Shown here: piece by piece, positions 1 to 12,400 of the stretch | Numbering within the stretch: the first letter of the stretch is position 1 | Layout: every line of letters begins with the position of its first letter | Assembly: GCF_964194025.1 (NCBI RefSeq) | Contig: NC_134475.1 | Location: 24,676,001 to 24,740,000, forward strand | Direction of reading: 5' to 3' | Origin: Convolutriloba macropyga | Lineage: Eukaryota | Length of the DNA: 64,000 bases | The notes under the pieces: generated by a model | What the model saw: the letters and a program-made list of their open reading frames with translations, nothing else | Databases searched by the model: none | What the model was told of the DNA's origin: nothing | Translations under genes and position numbers: made by a program

Positions 1-1
1 T

Positions 2-1210
2 CGACATATGTAATTGACAAGGCACACTGGAGCTTTTCGGACCCAAGAATTGATTTACCTGTGGGTTTGTTGAAAAATCAGGTACAAAGATGGAGTTCGT
101 TGGTTCCATAACGGGTGTTGGTGGCCGGGGAGGTTGCATAGGTGGTTTGGGTGGTGGGAGTGCGACATTTTGTACGTCGACTGGTACTTGGTTCGCTTGG
201 TTCACCTTATCACTGCTTGAGGGACTATGTGCCCTTTGATCACTGGGTGGTTGCTGCAGTTGAGCCTGGAGGTATTCCCGATACAACGCTTCTTGCTGAG
301 CAACAGAAATTGCAACTCCTGGCCGTGTGTACTGAGAAAGCATTTCAAGGTGATTCAAGTTACTGGCAACATTATTTGTGTTTTCTGGAGGATTACTATG
401 GGCAGTATCTTGAACAGGGGGGTCAGCGGTTGCTGAACCAGGACGAGAAAAATTTAACTCACTTGTAGCAGTCAATGAATTACCTGCTGGAACAGAATTT
501 ACCCAATCCTGAACAAGTCTCTGACTTCTATCTGATCCCCTATCTTTAAGCAAATTCAGTTCACTTGAGTGGTGACTAAACAATGATTGGTTATCCATTA
601 ATTCAGCCTCATCTAATTTAGCTGCGGCAACACGCTGGCGGTGATCTTCCTCCAATTCTTGAAGTGCCATATGCTCCATTTGTATCTCAAGCTCCTTTTT
701 TCTCATTGCAATTTCGTGTTTTTGTTTAGCGAGGCGCATGGCAGCTTGTTCTTGTTTCTCGGCCTCTTCGCGTTTTAGTTTTGCCATTAGAAAGTCATGC
801 TTGCGCTGGCTAGACATTGACGATGCTGTTCGACGTGAACTTCTCTTCGACTGCCCTTGAGGGTTAACGCCCTCATATACGGTGTCTCGGTGAGTAACTG
901 AGTCAATATAGCTTCTAGCCGCAAGCAAGAAATTATCATTGTTCTTAGTTACATCATCCAACCATTGCTCAAGGACAAGGTAAATTGATTCTGGGTTCTC
1001 GGCTTTACTGGCCAAGTCAAATAGTTCTTCATTTTTCTCCACCAGTTTACTGAAGACATCCTTCAACTTAGAAACCAAGCGTTCAACTTTAACCCTCCTG
1101 TCTTGACGATCTATGGCATCTGTGATGTCCTTGTGGATGTTATATAACTCAGATTCTAAATTAGATCTTGCGTTAAAGAGCTTTTTCAATTTATCCTGTT
1201 GTTCGGCCAT
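2..1210 (-). CDS. gag: Gag N-terminal region of a BEL/Pao-like LTR retrotransposon (open frame runs off the window start)
   Basis: Manual translation from ATG at 1210 gives MAEQQDKLKKLFNARSNLESEL...SKRSSRRTASSMSSQRKHDFLMAKLKREEAEKQEQAAM...EIAMRKKELEIQMEHMALQELEE...PPPKPPMQPPRPPTP, ~403 codons with no stop (absent from the ORF track because there is no stop). Ser/Arg patch, coiled coil and Pro-rich order resembles BEL/Pao Gag; pol lies outside the window. Confidence 0.7.
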   Translation of the reverse strand, partial: MAEQQDKLKKLFNARSNLESELYNIHKDITDAIDRQDRRVKVERLVSKLKDVFSKLVEKNEELFDLASKAENPESIYLVLEQWLDDVTKNNDNFLLAARSYIDSVTHRDTVYEGVNPQGQSKRSSRRTASSMSSQRKHDFLMAKLKREEAEKQEQAAMRLAKQKHEIAMRKKELEIQMEHMALQELEEDHRQRVAAAKLDEAELMDNQSLFSHHSSELNLLKDRGSDRSQRLVQDWVNSVPAGNSLTATSELNFSRPGSATADPPVQDTAHSNPPENTNNVASNLNHLEMLSQYTRPGVAISVAQQEALYREYLQAQLQQPPSDQRAHSPSSSDKVNQANQVPVDVQNVALPPPKPPMQPPRPPTPVMEPTNSIFVPDFSTNPQVNQFLGPKSSSVPCQLHMS

Positions 1211-1770
1211 GATATTGAAATGGCTAGTTTATCAAGGTAGAGTAACCTTCAACCAACCACGTGGAATGCGGGTTATACCGAACCCAAATGACGACGATAT
1301 GATAATCAAGACGTCGAAGAGCAGAAAAGAAGTTACCGAGTAATGAATTACTCGGCGAAAATGAGTAAGAAATTATAGGGTGCGTCTAACGTGCTTGAAA
1401 GCAACGTGAGACTAAACAGGAACACAGGCAACCGGGGAAAGAGGACTGGGTGGACGAAGCACGACGAAACGGGAAACGAAGCGGACGGGGCGGGAAGGAC
1501 GGACGAACGGCGCGCAACGCAACAGGGAACGGAGCGGAACTGGCGAAAACGCGTGTAGTAAATGGGCGACGCGACGGACGGGACGGAACCGCTGAACGAG
1601 CGACGCACGAAGAAACGGGAAACGAGACAGACAGAACGGAGGCGTTGAGCGAGTAGCACGCAACGAAACGGAAAGGCGGGTCGGAACGGGCGGGAGACGA
1701 TTACGCAGCGAGCGGGGAGGTCGGGAACCACTATGCTAGCAGACCGCAGCAACAAACTCAACCAAACAAA

Positions 1771-2296
1771 CTAGCCGTAACTCCAGAACAAACTTAAGTC
1801 ACAACCTAGGAAGGAGGAGAGATGCTACTGTAAGAGGCAAACTAGCACAAGTCATTATGGGGCTTAATATATACAAATAACGAACTAATTTACGGCAAAG
1901 CTGTAGTATACTAAATGGATGAAAAGAGCAAGAAATTTACTAGCCGTAACTCTAGAATAAACCTAAGTCACACCCTAGCAGTATTCAAACCTAAACAACC
2001 GATCAGCATACCAACAATATTAAACAAACTACAGCAAAAGTTAAGTAATATGCAGCGCTTTTGTAGTCTATGAAAGCTGGAAAAGTGAAGAAACTATCTA
2101 GCCGTAACTCCAGAATAAACTTAAGTCACATCCTAGAAGGCAATACCCTAAACCAACCAACATTCATACAGTTACACGCAAACATACAGCAGCAAAAATC
2201 AATATACTACAACAGGGAGGCTAGTAAATTAGTAAAGTTGAAAAGTCGAAGAACAATCCAGCCGTAACTCGAGAATAAACTTAAGTCACACCCTAG
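1771..2296 (-). repeat. Four 39-bp conserved repeats separated by 119-130-bp divergent spacers, in the putative retroelement 5' leader
   Basis: C[T/C]AGCCGTAACTC[C/T/G]AGAA[C/T]AAAC[T/C]TAAGTCACA[A/C/T]CCTAG at 1771-1809, 1940-1978, 2098-2136 and 2258-2296. Confidence 0.9.
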
Positions 2297-3249
2297 AAAG
2301 CTGTTAGACCTGAACAACAAACCAGCATACTAGCATACTCAACATACTACAGCGAACAACATACTTCATCACATATGACATACTATATCGAAATCCGGAA
2401 AAGTAAACGGAGGAAAAGAAAACAAAGTCTTGGGAGAGCGACGTTATCGAAAAAAAAAACGGAAAACGGAGAATTGTAAAGTTAAAGAACGAAAAGAACG
2501 CGGACGAAAAACGGTATATAAACGAGCGACGAGAAAAATAATGGGAATTCAATAATTTTTTGTAGGCCGGAGGTTGTGAAAATTTTCACAACTTTTTCTG
2601 TGTAATAAGTTTCACTAAATTAACGAACCTTCTTGCTGGAATTTTTTTTTTTTTGACAAATTTGTCAAAATTTGATGCATTTGTCCAATTTTTTTTCAAA
2701 TTTTGGTCAATTTTTTGCAAATTCTTGATTACGGAACGGTAATCCAGTAAAATGGACGGTTTTAAGCTTGAAAATACGGTTTATCAAAATTCGGTATTGA
2801 TTTTCTAAAGTTTTCAGATTTGCATCAAAATTGACCAAAATTTTTTCAAAATTGAACAATTTAGCATAATGTTTTCTCGATTTTCTCTATATCAGAGGTA
2901 ATTTTTGATATACAAACCGAGTATATCAATTTTTTCGAATTTTTGGTAATTCGACCAAAAATTTTCAAAATCGCTGTTTTTTCGTCTCAAAAATTATTTG
3001 TGGGGGGTTAATGGTGACCTTTTACGGATGATTTCATTGATTATACAACCCCTTAAAAACATTTTTGAAAGATATCAGGGGATGGGTTCCTTGCCGTCTA
3101 AACTCCCATAAGTAAATTAAGGCACGAATTGATTCCAAAATTTAATTTTCTGTCTTACAGTTGTTACTCCTATAGGGTTACCCAGAATTCTTGCTGATAT
3201 TGAGTTCTGATCTGCTCCAATTTCAACACTTCCTCTAGAGGATTCCAGT

Positions 3250-3640
3250 TGAAGCATAGTTGTTTTTTTTTCGTAGCAACAACTCCACAACATCGCAGTT
3301 CCAAGGATTTCTGCTAAACTCACGATTCATCTTCCCCAATCTGATCGTTCTCTTGTTTTCCCCAGCTTATAATCGAGCCAGTCTCTGTCGTGGAGGATAA
3401 CGCAGGCAGTGTGAATTTAATGCGGCTCGCAAAATCTGACATTGTTCTGTGTCTCTCCTCTCACATCGTGACATGCGGCAGTTACTAATTGAGGAGTAAG
3501 ATCTGGGATGAAGGACGTCTACTATGCCGGGAAACAACGAATCATTAATCAGAACGAAACATTATTCCAGTTTATCACAACGATTACGCTAATAATATGT
3601 GTGGGGCGCCACTTATAAAGGTGTAAAACAACACTCTTTT
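3250..3640 (-). mobile_element. Possible 5' LTR of the BEL/Pao-like element
   Basis: GC-richer block upstream of the gag leader with TATAA-like motifs on the minus strand and a following TGG (possible PBS near 3247). No second LTR in the window and boundaries are uncertain. Confidence 0.3.
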
Positions 3641-4380
3641 GGATGTTCAATTCAAAAACGTATGAAGCAACGTATAAACTCATAAAACAACGTATTATAG
3701 TCAGTCTATAGCTCATCGATGATAGCAACGTATTAAGATTGTAACGTACATAGCAACAAGTGGTTTTTTAGACGGCAATTTTTGATGCTCATTTGGCCGG
3801 TATTTTGTCTAATAACGCATTAGTTCAATGCCAGTCACCATTTTGTGCCAATGAATCCAAAAACCCGAAAATTATTGAGCCGAATCACGTCTTATTTGAT
3901 AGGTCTTATGATTAGATTTACTTGAAATTATGTTAATTGCACTTTTTCCGAGCTTTGTACGTAAATTGGAACGTATTTTATTCAATTCGATTGCTTATTT
4001 AAATACTGGATTCTGATTGGCTAATAATCTCTCGCTTTAAATCTATTTAGTTACTAACAGTGACCGTTTTTCATCGGTCTCCCAATTGAGGTGCACAGCA
4101 ACAAAAAAGACGTTTATGAACAATTTATAATCAGCTGATTATAAATTGTAAATTGTTCATAATTGTTTTTTTCTACATTTAAATATTTTGAAACTGCCTC
4201 GAATAACTATACGGCAATACACTCAATCTTGAGCACCAAAATGGCAATTTATATATGTACTGACTTTTGGGTACATGTAGCAGACTTGATTTCTCAACAG
4301 ATAAATAGTATTTGCGAAAATACAGTAAACTTAATGGAAAGTAACCCATCCCATATACAACTTATTCTAATCAAGCATTC

Positions 4381-7331
4381 CTACTTTTTAGGGATCCACT
4401 TTCCCCTGCCATTGTTGTATAGGTAAGGGGTCACGTGATCTCTGATTGCGGCATCTACAATGCTCATGTTGAACTTGACCAATGACTCCTCCATCTTCTC
4501 TGCCAGAAGACCTCGTCCTGAAACCATTATTGAAATTGGTCAACTGCAAATAGTTATCTACAGTCGACTTCGAATGGTTATACTGCGAGATCTTGCAAGA
4601 TTAACATTTAAATAGCAAATATACAAATTATTGCCGGAGAAAGTTTGAGCTTGATAATCATGGGACGCGAAGAGCATTATTTTTTTTCTAATGGCAGGTA
4701 TTTACCTTCTTTGACAAATGAACACGCCTCTGTTTGCTTCCAAATTGAGAAAACATAAGTGTAACCGGCAAACCCACTTAGGCTCTGATCCAGATCACAG
4801 CCTTTCAAAAGAAAAGAATAGCGCCCAGATCCAAGAATTCCAAAAAGTTTAGTTAGGTGTTTCGCCTTCTTCTTAACAGTATAATTCTGGTAATATGCTC
4901 TTGGCTGTTAACAAGTGTCGATGGTAATACGCTTAAACTAAAATATGATAACTAAAAGAAAAGAATAGCGCTATTCAAAAGAAAAGAATAGCGCCCAGAT
5001 CCAAGAATTCCAAAAAGTTTAGTTAGGTGTTTCGTCTTCTTCTTAACAGTATAATTCTGGTAATATGCTCTTGGCTGTTAACAAGTGTCGATAGTAATAC
5101 GCTTAAACTAAAATATGATAACTAAAAATAACTAGTCAGTAGGCATCAAGTGACAAACTACATTAAAATAAAGTAAATAAAAGTAAACTAACTGAATGAA
5201 ACTCAAGCACCCGCAAGCTTGTAACAAGAAATGAGCAATTAGGTTAACCTCAAATCTGCTGCCTAAACATAGCATTTGCCGCTACCACTTAAGCCCATCT
5301 AAAACAGCTGGAAATATCCCTCAGCCAATAACCGACTGATGAACTAATGTCAAGCAACAACAATAACTCCGAGCTTTTTGTTCGATCAATCAGGCAACCT
5401 TTGCCAAAAACTATAACGAACTAACACAAGTTACAGAGCTTGTAAGTCTACATGTACAAAGTTCAGCGTCGGCGCTCCGCTCATACAAAATTGACTGAGA
5501 ATGATTTATATCAGCTAAGAGGTTTTTGCTCAGACGCTACAATCGATAACAGCAACTATTCTGAGCTTGGCACTTTATCGCACAGGCAAACTATCCAAAT
5601 TTTTGTAACTCTAATAAATATTACAAGAGCATCTCGCTTTTCAGTGCCGGTAAACTATGCCAAAAAATCAGTTAATAACTTGCTCACCGTTAGAATTTTC
5701 TGAGCTGCGTTTATAGTGTAAGGTAATTTTATACAGAGCCAAGCAAAAAAATTTTTTGCTAAAGCAAAACAACCGTCGTTAGGGCACAAGGATTTTAGCT
5801 CTCTCTTTTCCTTATTCTTCTTGGTTTGTTGGTTAAGTTCCAAGAAGACAAATGCCATAATACCGTGGCGTGTTGAATACCAATACTCATTTAGTAAATG
5901 TCAAGTTAGCCAAATCTCTTTCTCCAAAATAATGTTTAACCGAACTAAATTCAATTCTTGGGGTTTTGTTTACATAGGACCGTTTCAGCTGCGGATCATA
6001 TCCGGCGATAACCAGGCATTGGCCCAGAGTCTACATACACATTAGGATAGGCGGTGTTCATGAATGCTCAAAATGACCGATTTCGGAAACAACACTAAAA
6101 CTATACCCCCCATAAGTATTAATAGATATCCAACCGGTAAAGCGGGTACTACAAATACCAGTACATAAAGAGATAAAAATTCGCTTAGGGTGATTGTGGT
6201 TACACATTAGTATCGCGATTTTGGCTTCGCAAACTTGGGGGCGTATACAATTTTTCGGTCCCGACCTGTAAAAATTATAAGATTTGCGCAAAATATGGTG
6301 ATATTGCGAAACTCCATTTTCTTCCCTTTAGAATGGATGTTAGCGAGTATCAACAGCTACTATGTTATGAGAAGCTATTGGCAAATTGTAGTAAACTAAT
6401 ATTCAGTGATGACAATCTTAATGATTCTAGACTTTATGTCAACAATTCATATGAAAACAGTTTCACCAACTTGGAATTAGTGCATGCTGAATCGATCAAT
6501 CTTTAGTAGAGCATCCTGGATTTCAGCGAGATAGATCGGGTTAAAACAGTTTTAACTAAAGTTTTTCGCTCTCTGTTTCTTTTTGCATGCATCAGGGAGC
6601 CTAGTAGGCCTGACTGCTTGTCTTCCTGTCTATGTTATCATTTTCTACTAATGGTTGTCACATGCTCCTAGCTAATATGATGTATCAAATTAGATCTCTT
6701 AATTTTCAGTCAGCCTCAAAAAATATTGAGCGAACAAAATATTGAGTGAACAAATTGTGGGTACCCCCAGACTGAAATTTGGTAACTGACTAGGAAAAGA
6801 GATCAATGTTTTGTACTGCCCAGACAGATAGAACCCAACTAAACTGTGGAATCTATCGGATCAAGCATATCAATAGTTCTGGCCAGGTGGAAAGCGCGAC
6901 AAAAATTTATTCCAGAAAATCAAATTGGGTGGCACCGGGCCCGTGTTTGAAAACCAGGTCAGTCTGGCTTTTATCTGTTTTGGGCCAGACACTTCATCCT
7001 GCATAGCTTTTTGCATGTTCCTGGATACGTTATCAGTTTTTTGTGTTCGGGGTTCGGCCAACGTCATTGCAGACAGTAAATTAATGCAAAATTTGAACAT
7101 ATTGACAATAAACTTTTAAAGATAGTAGGTGCTCGCTAGCTGGCCACCAAAGTGATGTCAATTCATTTATTGTCAATTGTTTAACTCACCTCCGAGATCG
7201 AAGAGGGAATAAATCTGTGACCTTGACTGCTGTCCATCATCTGCACTGTGTTCCACGCCCTCCTCGTTGCTAAGTGACGAAAAATGTCGATTAAGATCGT
7301 CCACCAACTCTTGGTCCAATGGCTCCACCAT
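4381..7331 (-). CDS. Two-exon orphan small protein, 92 aa: join(7331..7190, 4517..4381)
   Basis: Exon 1 MVEPLDQELVDDLNRHFSSLSNEEGVEHSADDGQQSRSQIYSLFDLG-G with donor G|GTGAGT (phase 1); acceptor TTTCAG|GA continues in frame RGLLAEKMEESLVKFNMSIVDAAIRDHVTPYLYNNGRGKWIPKK-TAG. Both exons are GC-richer islands. An upstream coding exon cannot be excluded. Confidence 0.7.
4804..5127 (+). repeat. Tandem duplication (~154 bp x2, period 170) with a 16-bp junction insert
   Basis: TTCAAAAGAAAAGAATAGCGCCCAGATCC... at 4804 and 4974, near identical. Confidence 0.9.
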
Positions 7332-7340
7332 CTTCTTTAA

Positions 7341-7364
7341 AGGTCAAAAGGTCATCAGAGGTCA
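7341..7364 (+). promoter_or_regulatory. Three perfect AGGTCA nuclear-receptor half-sites (DR2 + DR4)
   Basis: AGGTCA-aa-AGGTCA-tcag-AGGTCA, 10-33 bp upstream of the ATG of the orphan gene. Function untested. Confidence 0.4.
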
Positions 7365-8905
7365 AGAGTTCTTGGAATAAGGCGAGCTTCAATGTTATTT
7401 TCTCAAAATGTTAATAGCTCCAAAGTGTTTTACTAGAAAAGATCTTAATTCTAAAGTAATAAAAACTGCAATTATAAAGACATTGTTATCAAGTTTCTGA
7501 CAGTGACATTTTCATGAGGTAATGGCCATTTATAAAAAATAAGTGTGTTATTATGCTCAAATGTTTAACAATCAAATATCTTTTTTCTCTGGTTAACTTC
7601 GAAAAGTTGAACGAGTTAAAGCGATTCCAAAATCCATTAGTGCAGTTGGTACAAAACATGAACATTTTAGCATACACCTACAAATTAATTGCTGAAAAGA
7701 AACTGAAGATTGATTTGTTTTTCGCTTTCGGAGTCTTTTGTATTATAAAGACGTCAAGAGACCATTCAACGTCAAGCGTCAATTCTTACACGTGTTTCAT
7801 GCCGCTTAAACTACTGGAGGCTTTTTGAAGTATGTTCATACCATTTTATTTACATTTTTATGTTTTTTTTTCAAAAACTTTGTTATATATAAATTTATAT
7901 ACTTTTTAGAACATCTGAGTTATATAAGCCGTCGAGCATGCATGTTTTACAATTCTCACTGCAGATCTTGAACAAAAATGGCCAGCATACTTTTTGCCGA
8001 GGTGTACATTTTGAGTAAAACTGTTATAACCAGTTTAGTTATGATTTTATTACACCATCTCTAGATACAGTTGATAGTGATTGATATAGCAGCACAGGTA
8101 GTATTGTGTATATTTTGTGCACGTGCCTACAAATAGCCTCTAATTTATTGAATCTTCCATCCAGAAAACAAGCATACATAAATACACTACATACAAGAGC
8201 GTATTCATATTGTGTAATAAAGCATTATTTGAACCATCATTCCCATCCTATCAATAACAACAAACAAACAAATAACACTCATTTATCTTCTAAGCGAACA
8301 AAGCTACTCCCACGTTTTATTTATTTTTCCTTGGATATATTTCTTGGGAATACGCCAGCCTACTTTGAAGTTCCCAGGTTAGATAGAAGTACTTCTTCTT
8401 CGAGGAAACTTAAAAAACGATAAAAATTTCCATGGACTAATTTGAAGTAGCACCGCGCAATACGTGAATGTTTGTGTTCTTTTTTTCATCGTAACATAGT
8501 TTGCTACACCGACATTCAATTGTTTATCGAGTGTTTGTTTACAAAGCATGAAATGTTTTGTTTATTTTCACTGTTTTCCATGGAAAAAAGCAGGTGTTTG
8601 TGAGACAAATTAATGAGAAGTAGAACGTGTAATCAATCAATGTTAATAATATATGCTATCTATTATCTATTGGTCGTCACTTGAAGATTAATTGTTAGAA
8701 TTTTCTTGGTTCCCAGTTACCAAGCTTGTAACCTTCCTGTTAAAAATTTAAGTAATTAATAAATTCTCTTAAGCCCTAGAATAATCAGGTAACAATTTTG
8801 GTTCTTTTCCGTTTGTGACCCCCCCCCCCCCCCCAACTTAATGGTTATAGATAATTTTTACAAACCCCAGGAACAATTTATATTTTACTATATCATTATT
8901 TGCTG

Positions 8906-9046
8906 GGGTCCTTCCCGTTATAGCCCAACCCTGTAAAATTATAGCCCCCTATTATGATATAATTATCATGATTGGGGGGGGGGGGTGGGGGGGGGGGGCT
9001 ATAGGCTATCTGACCACGAAGAAGGGGGCTATAATGGGAAAGACCC
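8906..9046. mobile_element. 141-bp MITE with 8-bp target-site duplication
   Basis: TIRs GGGTCCTTCCCGTTATAGCCC / GGGCTATAATGGGAAAGACCC; ATTTGCTG duplicated at 8898-8905 and 9047-9054; internal poly-G tract. Confidence 0.8.
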
Positions 9047-9339
9047 ATTTGCTGTAGGGGCGCAAAAAAACTGTAGACTGCATAAAGTAATAACGTACTG
9101 GGTTGGGGTGGGGGCGTTTAGAATATACTTTTTTCTACCACTGGAGCCATTAGAATTAGTTTTCTGGTCTGCAGTCTGTTGCTGCAACGACATTGTTTCA
9201 ATGTTTCAGTTTCACTGCAGTCATAGTTACCTTTTTACGGCCAACTAGTGCTAACCAATCTAGTTATCACTAGTTATTAACTGGTATTGGTATCTAATCA
9301 GCTGCTAGAGAGGATAGAGTGTAAAGAGAGGAAGCAGAC

Positions 9340-9443
9340 ATGACTAGTACCCTTGATCTCCTGTCCACAAATCCCAAACATGTCCTCACAGTCAACGACA
9401 GATCCCACTTCGCTGATCTCAAAGAAGGCACTATGGTCCCAGG
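9340..9443 (+). CDS. FAM166-like gene exon 1
   Basis: ATG...MTSTLDLLSTNPKHVLTVNDRSHFADLKEGTMVPG, donor GG|GTAAGT. Confidence 0.8.
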
Positions 9444-12400
9444 GTAAGTCTCAAACACGAACTCGTCAGTTAACGAACTCGGGTCCTTCCTATTATATAT
9501 TCCCGCTCAGAGGGTATAGAGCAATTTTTATCGTTCATGCCCTTGTTGTATTAATAAACTCGCTTAATATTGTACATCTCAAAAACCGATCCAGCAAAAA
9601 AATGGGATAAAATTGTGATCCGGAAAATAAATCACCAGAGGTTATGGTAAAATACAATTCTGGCAAACCGCTTCTGATCCGGACATCTGTTCAAATAAGC
9701 TTATGTAAAGAAATCAGAAATTAGAAATTTTTATGAGATTAAAGAAAGAAAACCGAACTTTAGTTTGTTCTAAGTTGGAAAAAAAATAAAAATGATTTTA
9801 AAATTATTTCTAGCATATTATTTGACTTTCTACAACTCAACCGATGTGGTTTTGCCGTAAACAAAATCCAACAATCATTTTTTGGCTACAAAACGGTTTC
9901 AGGACAATATACCCAATACCAAAATATCCAAATTATCCAATGTGCCAAAACGCCAAATGCCAAAATACCAATAGCAAAATACCCAATGCCAAACTACACT
10001 ATTCGTAATTTAGTACAATCCCACATTGAAGTTACAAGTCTAAAGTTAAATACAATTTAACTAATTAGACGCATATTTTTGGGACGCAAAATTATCACAA
10101 AAATTATGGGACGCAAAATTATCACAAAAATTAAATTGTCCGATATATATTGAGGCGTCATTCTAGTCGATAATTTTGACCAAATTTAGCCGCAAACATA
10201 AGGAAAAATAATTGGGTTAAGTCCCAGCAGAACCAATTAACTTTAATCTTTGATGAACATGAGTTCCAAAAGAAGTTAAAAACAAAGACTACTACGCATT
10301 GGGAATGCTTTAAATGGAACTTCTATCAATGTAAATTTACGGCCATAAAATGCCAATTGACAGCAGTCTGTCACCAATCAAGTTTGATGCTGCAACGCAG
10401 CTGTCTTTACCAAACAGAGCGGCCATCAATTAGACGCTGAACCACTAAAAACATCTGAAAAAGTGCGAGAGCCACGAATTATAAATAGGCATTTGAAGGT
10501 GCCCGCAAAGTTTATAAATTTCTGCTTTTATGGCACCGGAAAAACTAACAAAGAGAGTGGTTCATTTTAACAATCGTTGCACCTGGTTAGACACATTAAA
10601 AGTCATTTGCAAGTAATTAGTTTTTGTTTGAAATGGGTTGAAATCGATAAACAACCAAATAAATCCTTCTTGGTTATATTTTATCACACCTGTATAGAAG
10701 ATGATTTGATTATATTCCGGCTAACACGTTTAGAGTTGCGTTTAGTCTCTTTTTAATTTTGTAGAAAATGGGCTATGACAAGCTGATTATTGTTCCGACC
10801 CCTCTTGAGAGGGGGAGAAACTATATACTCAAATGGGTTTTTTCTTTTTTTGTTCAATCAATTTTGGCCGATCGATATATTCATCGTAGAGAGTTGAGAC
10901 TGGTATCATTAGAAAGCTTGTCCAGCGTAGAATATGGAATTAAAAAGATTTTTTTTTGATTTTTGGTCTTTGTCAGGGAGATATCGAAGTTTAAACTTCC
11001 GAGAAATTAGAGTGAATTCCGTTGATTTCATTCATCTTTTTTCGGAATTTTTGACTAAAATTTCGCCAATTTTGATAAAATTTAAGAAAATTTTTCACGA
11101 AAATGTTGTTGATTTTACGTTTAAAGACAAAATATATTGTCGGCTATTTTCATTGAATTTTTTTATCACAAATTTCGGCTAAATATTTCACAGAATTTAG
11201 ACTTTTTCATCAAAAACAGCACGAAATAAGTTTCTTTAGTCCACTCTGATTAAATTTGCAGGAAGTGCACACCCAAACACCACTAACACAATCTTTGTAG
11301 ACTAAAAAAGGGGCTAAATACACCTCAATTTTCGTTGAGAGTGCTCTGTATATAAAACTTTGCCGTTTTTTGCTAACTTTATTCGTTGATTATCAAAAAC
11401 GCAGCATTTATTTTTGATTTTTTAATTAACAAAGTATCTATATCAAAGACATTCCAAAAATTAAATATTCTTAATGAACAACCAGCATTAGCAGGACTAG
11501 TTCTGTACCAATCTTGGACCGTTACATTCCAAAAATAATTCGGATTGTCGTCTGTCGGTTTTTTATAAAAAAAATTTTGATCTTTTTTATATGAATTAAA
11601 TATCAGATCATTTCAAATCAAAACTCACTAGCGATAGGTCCTATTGGCTTCCTAATTAGCTCAAATTTAATTTATCCAGTTGATTGCTTAAAAACTTATG
11701 GTCGTTTTGACTTTTAAAATATTTGATTTTTAAATAAAAAATCGCCTATTGAACTTTGCCTCCATTTTTCTCTTAATTTGTTCCACTTGTAGCTTAGTGT
11801 CAGCAATCAAAAAGTGTAACTTTTTTCTGTCGAATTCAAATTCAGTCTTTATTGCGGTTTGACGCCTTAAGTTATGGTGTTCTGGCTTTGATACTATTAG
11901 ATTTCACATTTTTTTTAATTTTTAGGCATTTGCCCATTTTTCATGTTTTCTAGTTTTATCAATTTATAACGTTATTGTCAATTTATATATCACATTTTCG
12001 CTTTCACAATAACGCACAATTGATAATATTTAAATCCTTAACGATATAGATTGTGGTTCTATAGCGCTTCGAAAGTACTTTCTCGAAGAATTTAATTGAA
12101 ATTTTAATTTTGTCTTTAACTGTCGGTTTTACTTTGTGTTTTTAGTCGTATTTAATTTCCTGTACAATGACCTGGTTTGACTGGCTTTTTTTGAAAGAGT
12201 AGATGAGCCGATGTTCTGATATTGGAAGATAGATCATGGATTTCATGACTTTGAAAACAATTGTTTTCCAAAATGAAAAAAAAAACGTTTCAACTTCGCA
12301 ATTTTGTTCCTTTTATTGTCTGTTTGTTACCTGGTCTGGTTAATTGAAGGTTAAAAATGACATTATGTTTGTCAAGGAAAGGTGTCAAAATCTATTGTTT

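Noticed and set aside
142-468. Plus-strand 108-aa ORF
   Set aside because: Antisense shadow of the minus-strand gag frame.
1348-1761. ORFs of 137, 83 and 68 aa
   Set aside because: Arise from a low-complexity GC-rich (GACG/AACG) leader; no domain-like content.
1771-2296. CRISPR array
   Set aside because: Eukaryotic context, no cas genes, spacers 119-130 bp and weakly similar to each other; better explained as a structured retroelement leader repeat.
5336-5400. Hammerhead ribozyme core CTGATGA
   Set aside because: No stem II or downstream GAAA at a suitable distance.
9353-9610. 85-aa ORF, and a possible minus-strand exon joining the orphan gene
   Set aside because: Region is explained by plus-strand exon 1 with a GTAAGT donor in another frame; no convincing minus-strand splice model was found.
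9905-10135. Short CCAAAT/GCCAA repeats and a 28-bp duplication
   Set aside because: Probably decayed transposon subterminal repeats; no termini or TSD could be defined.
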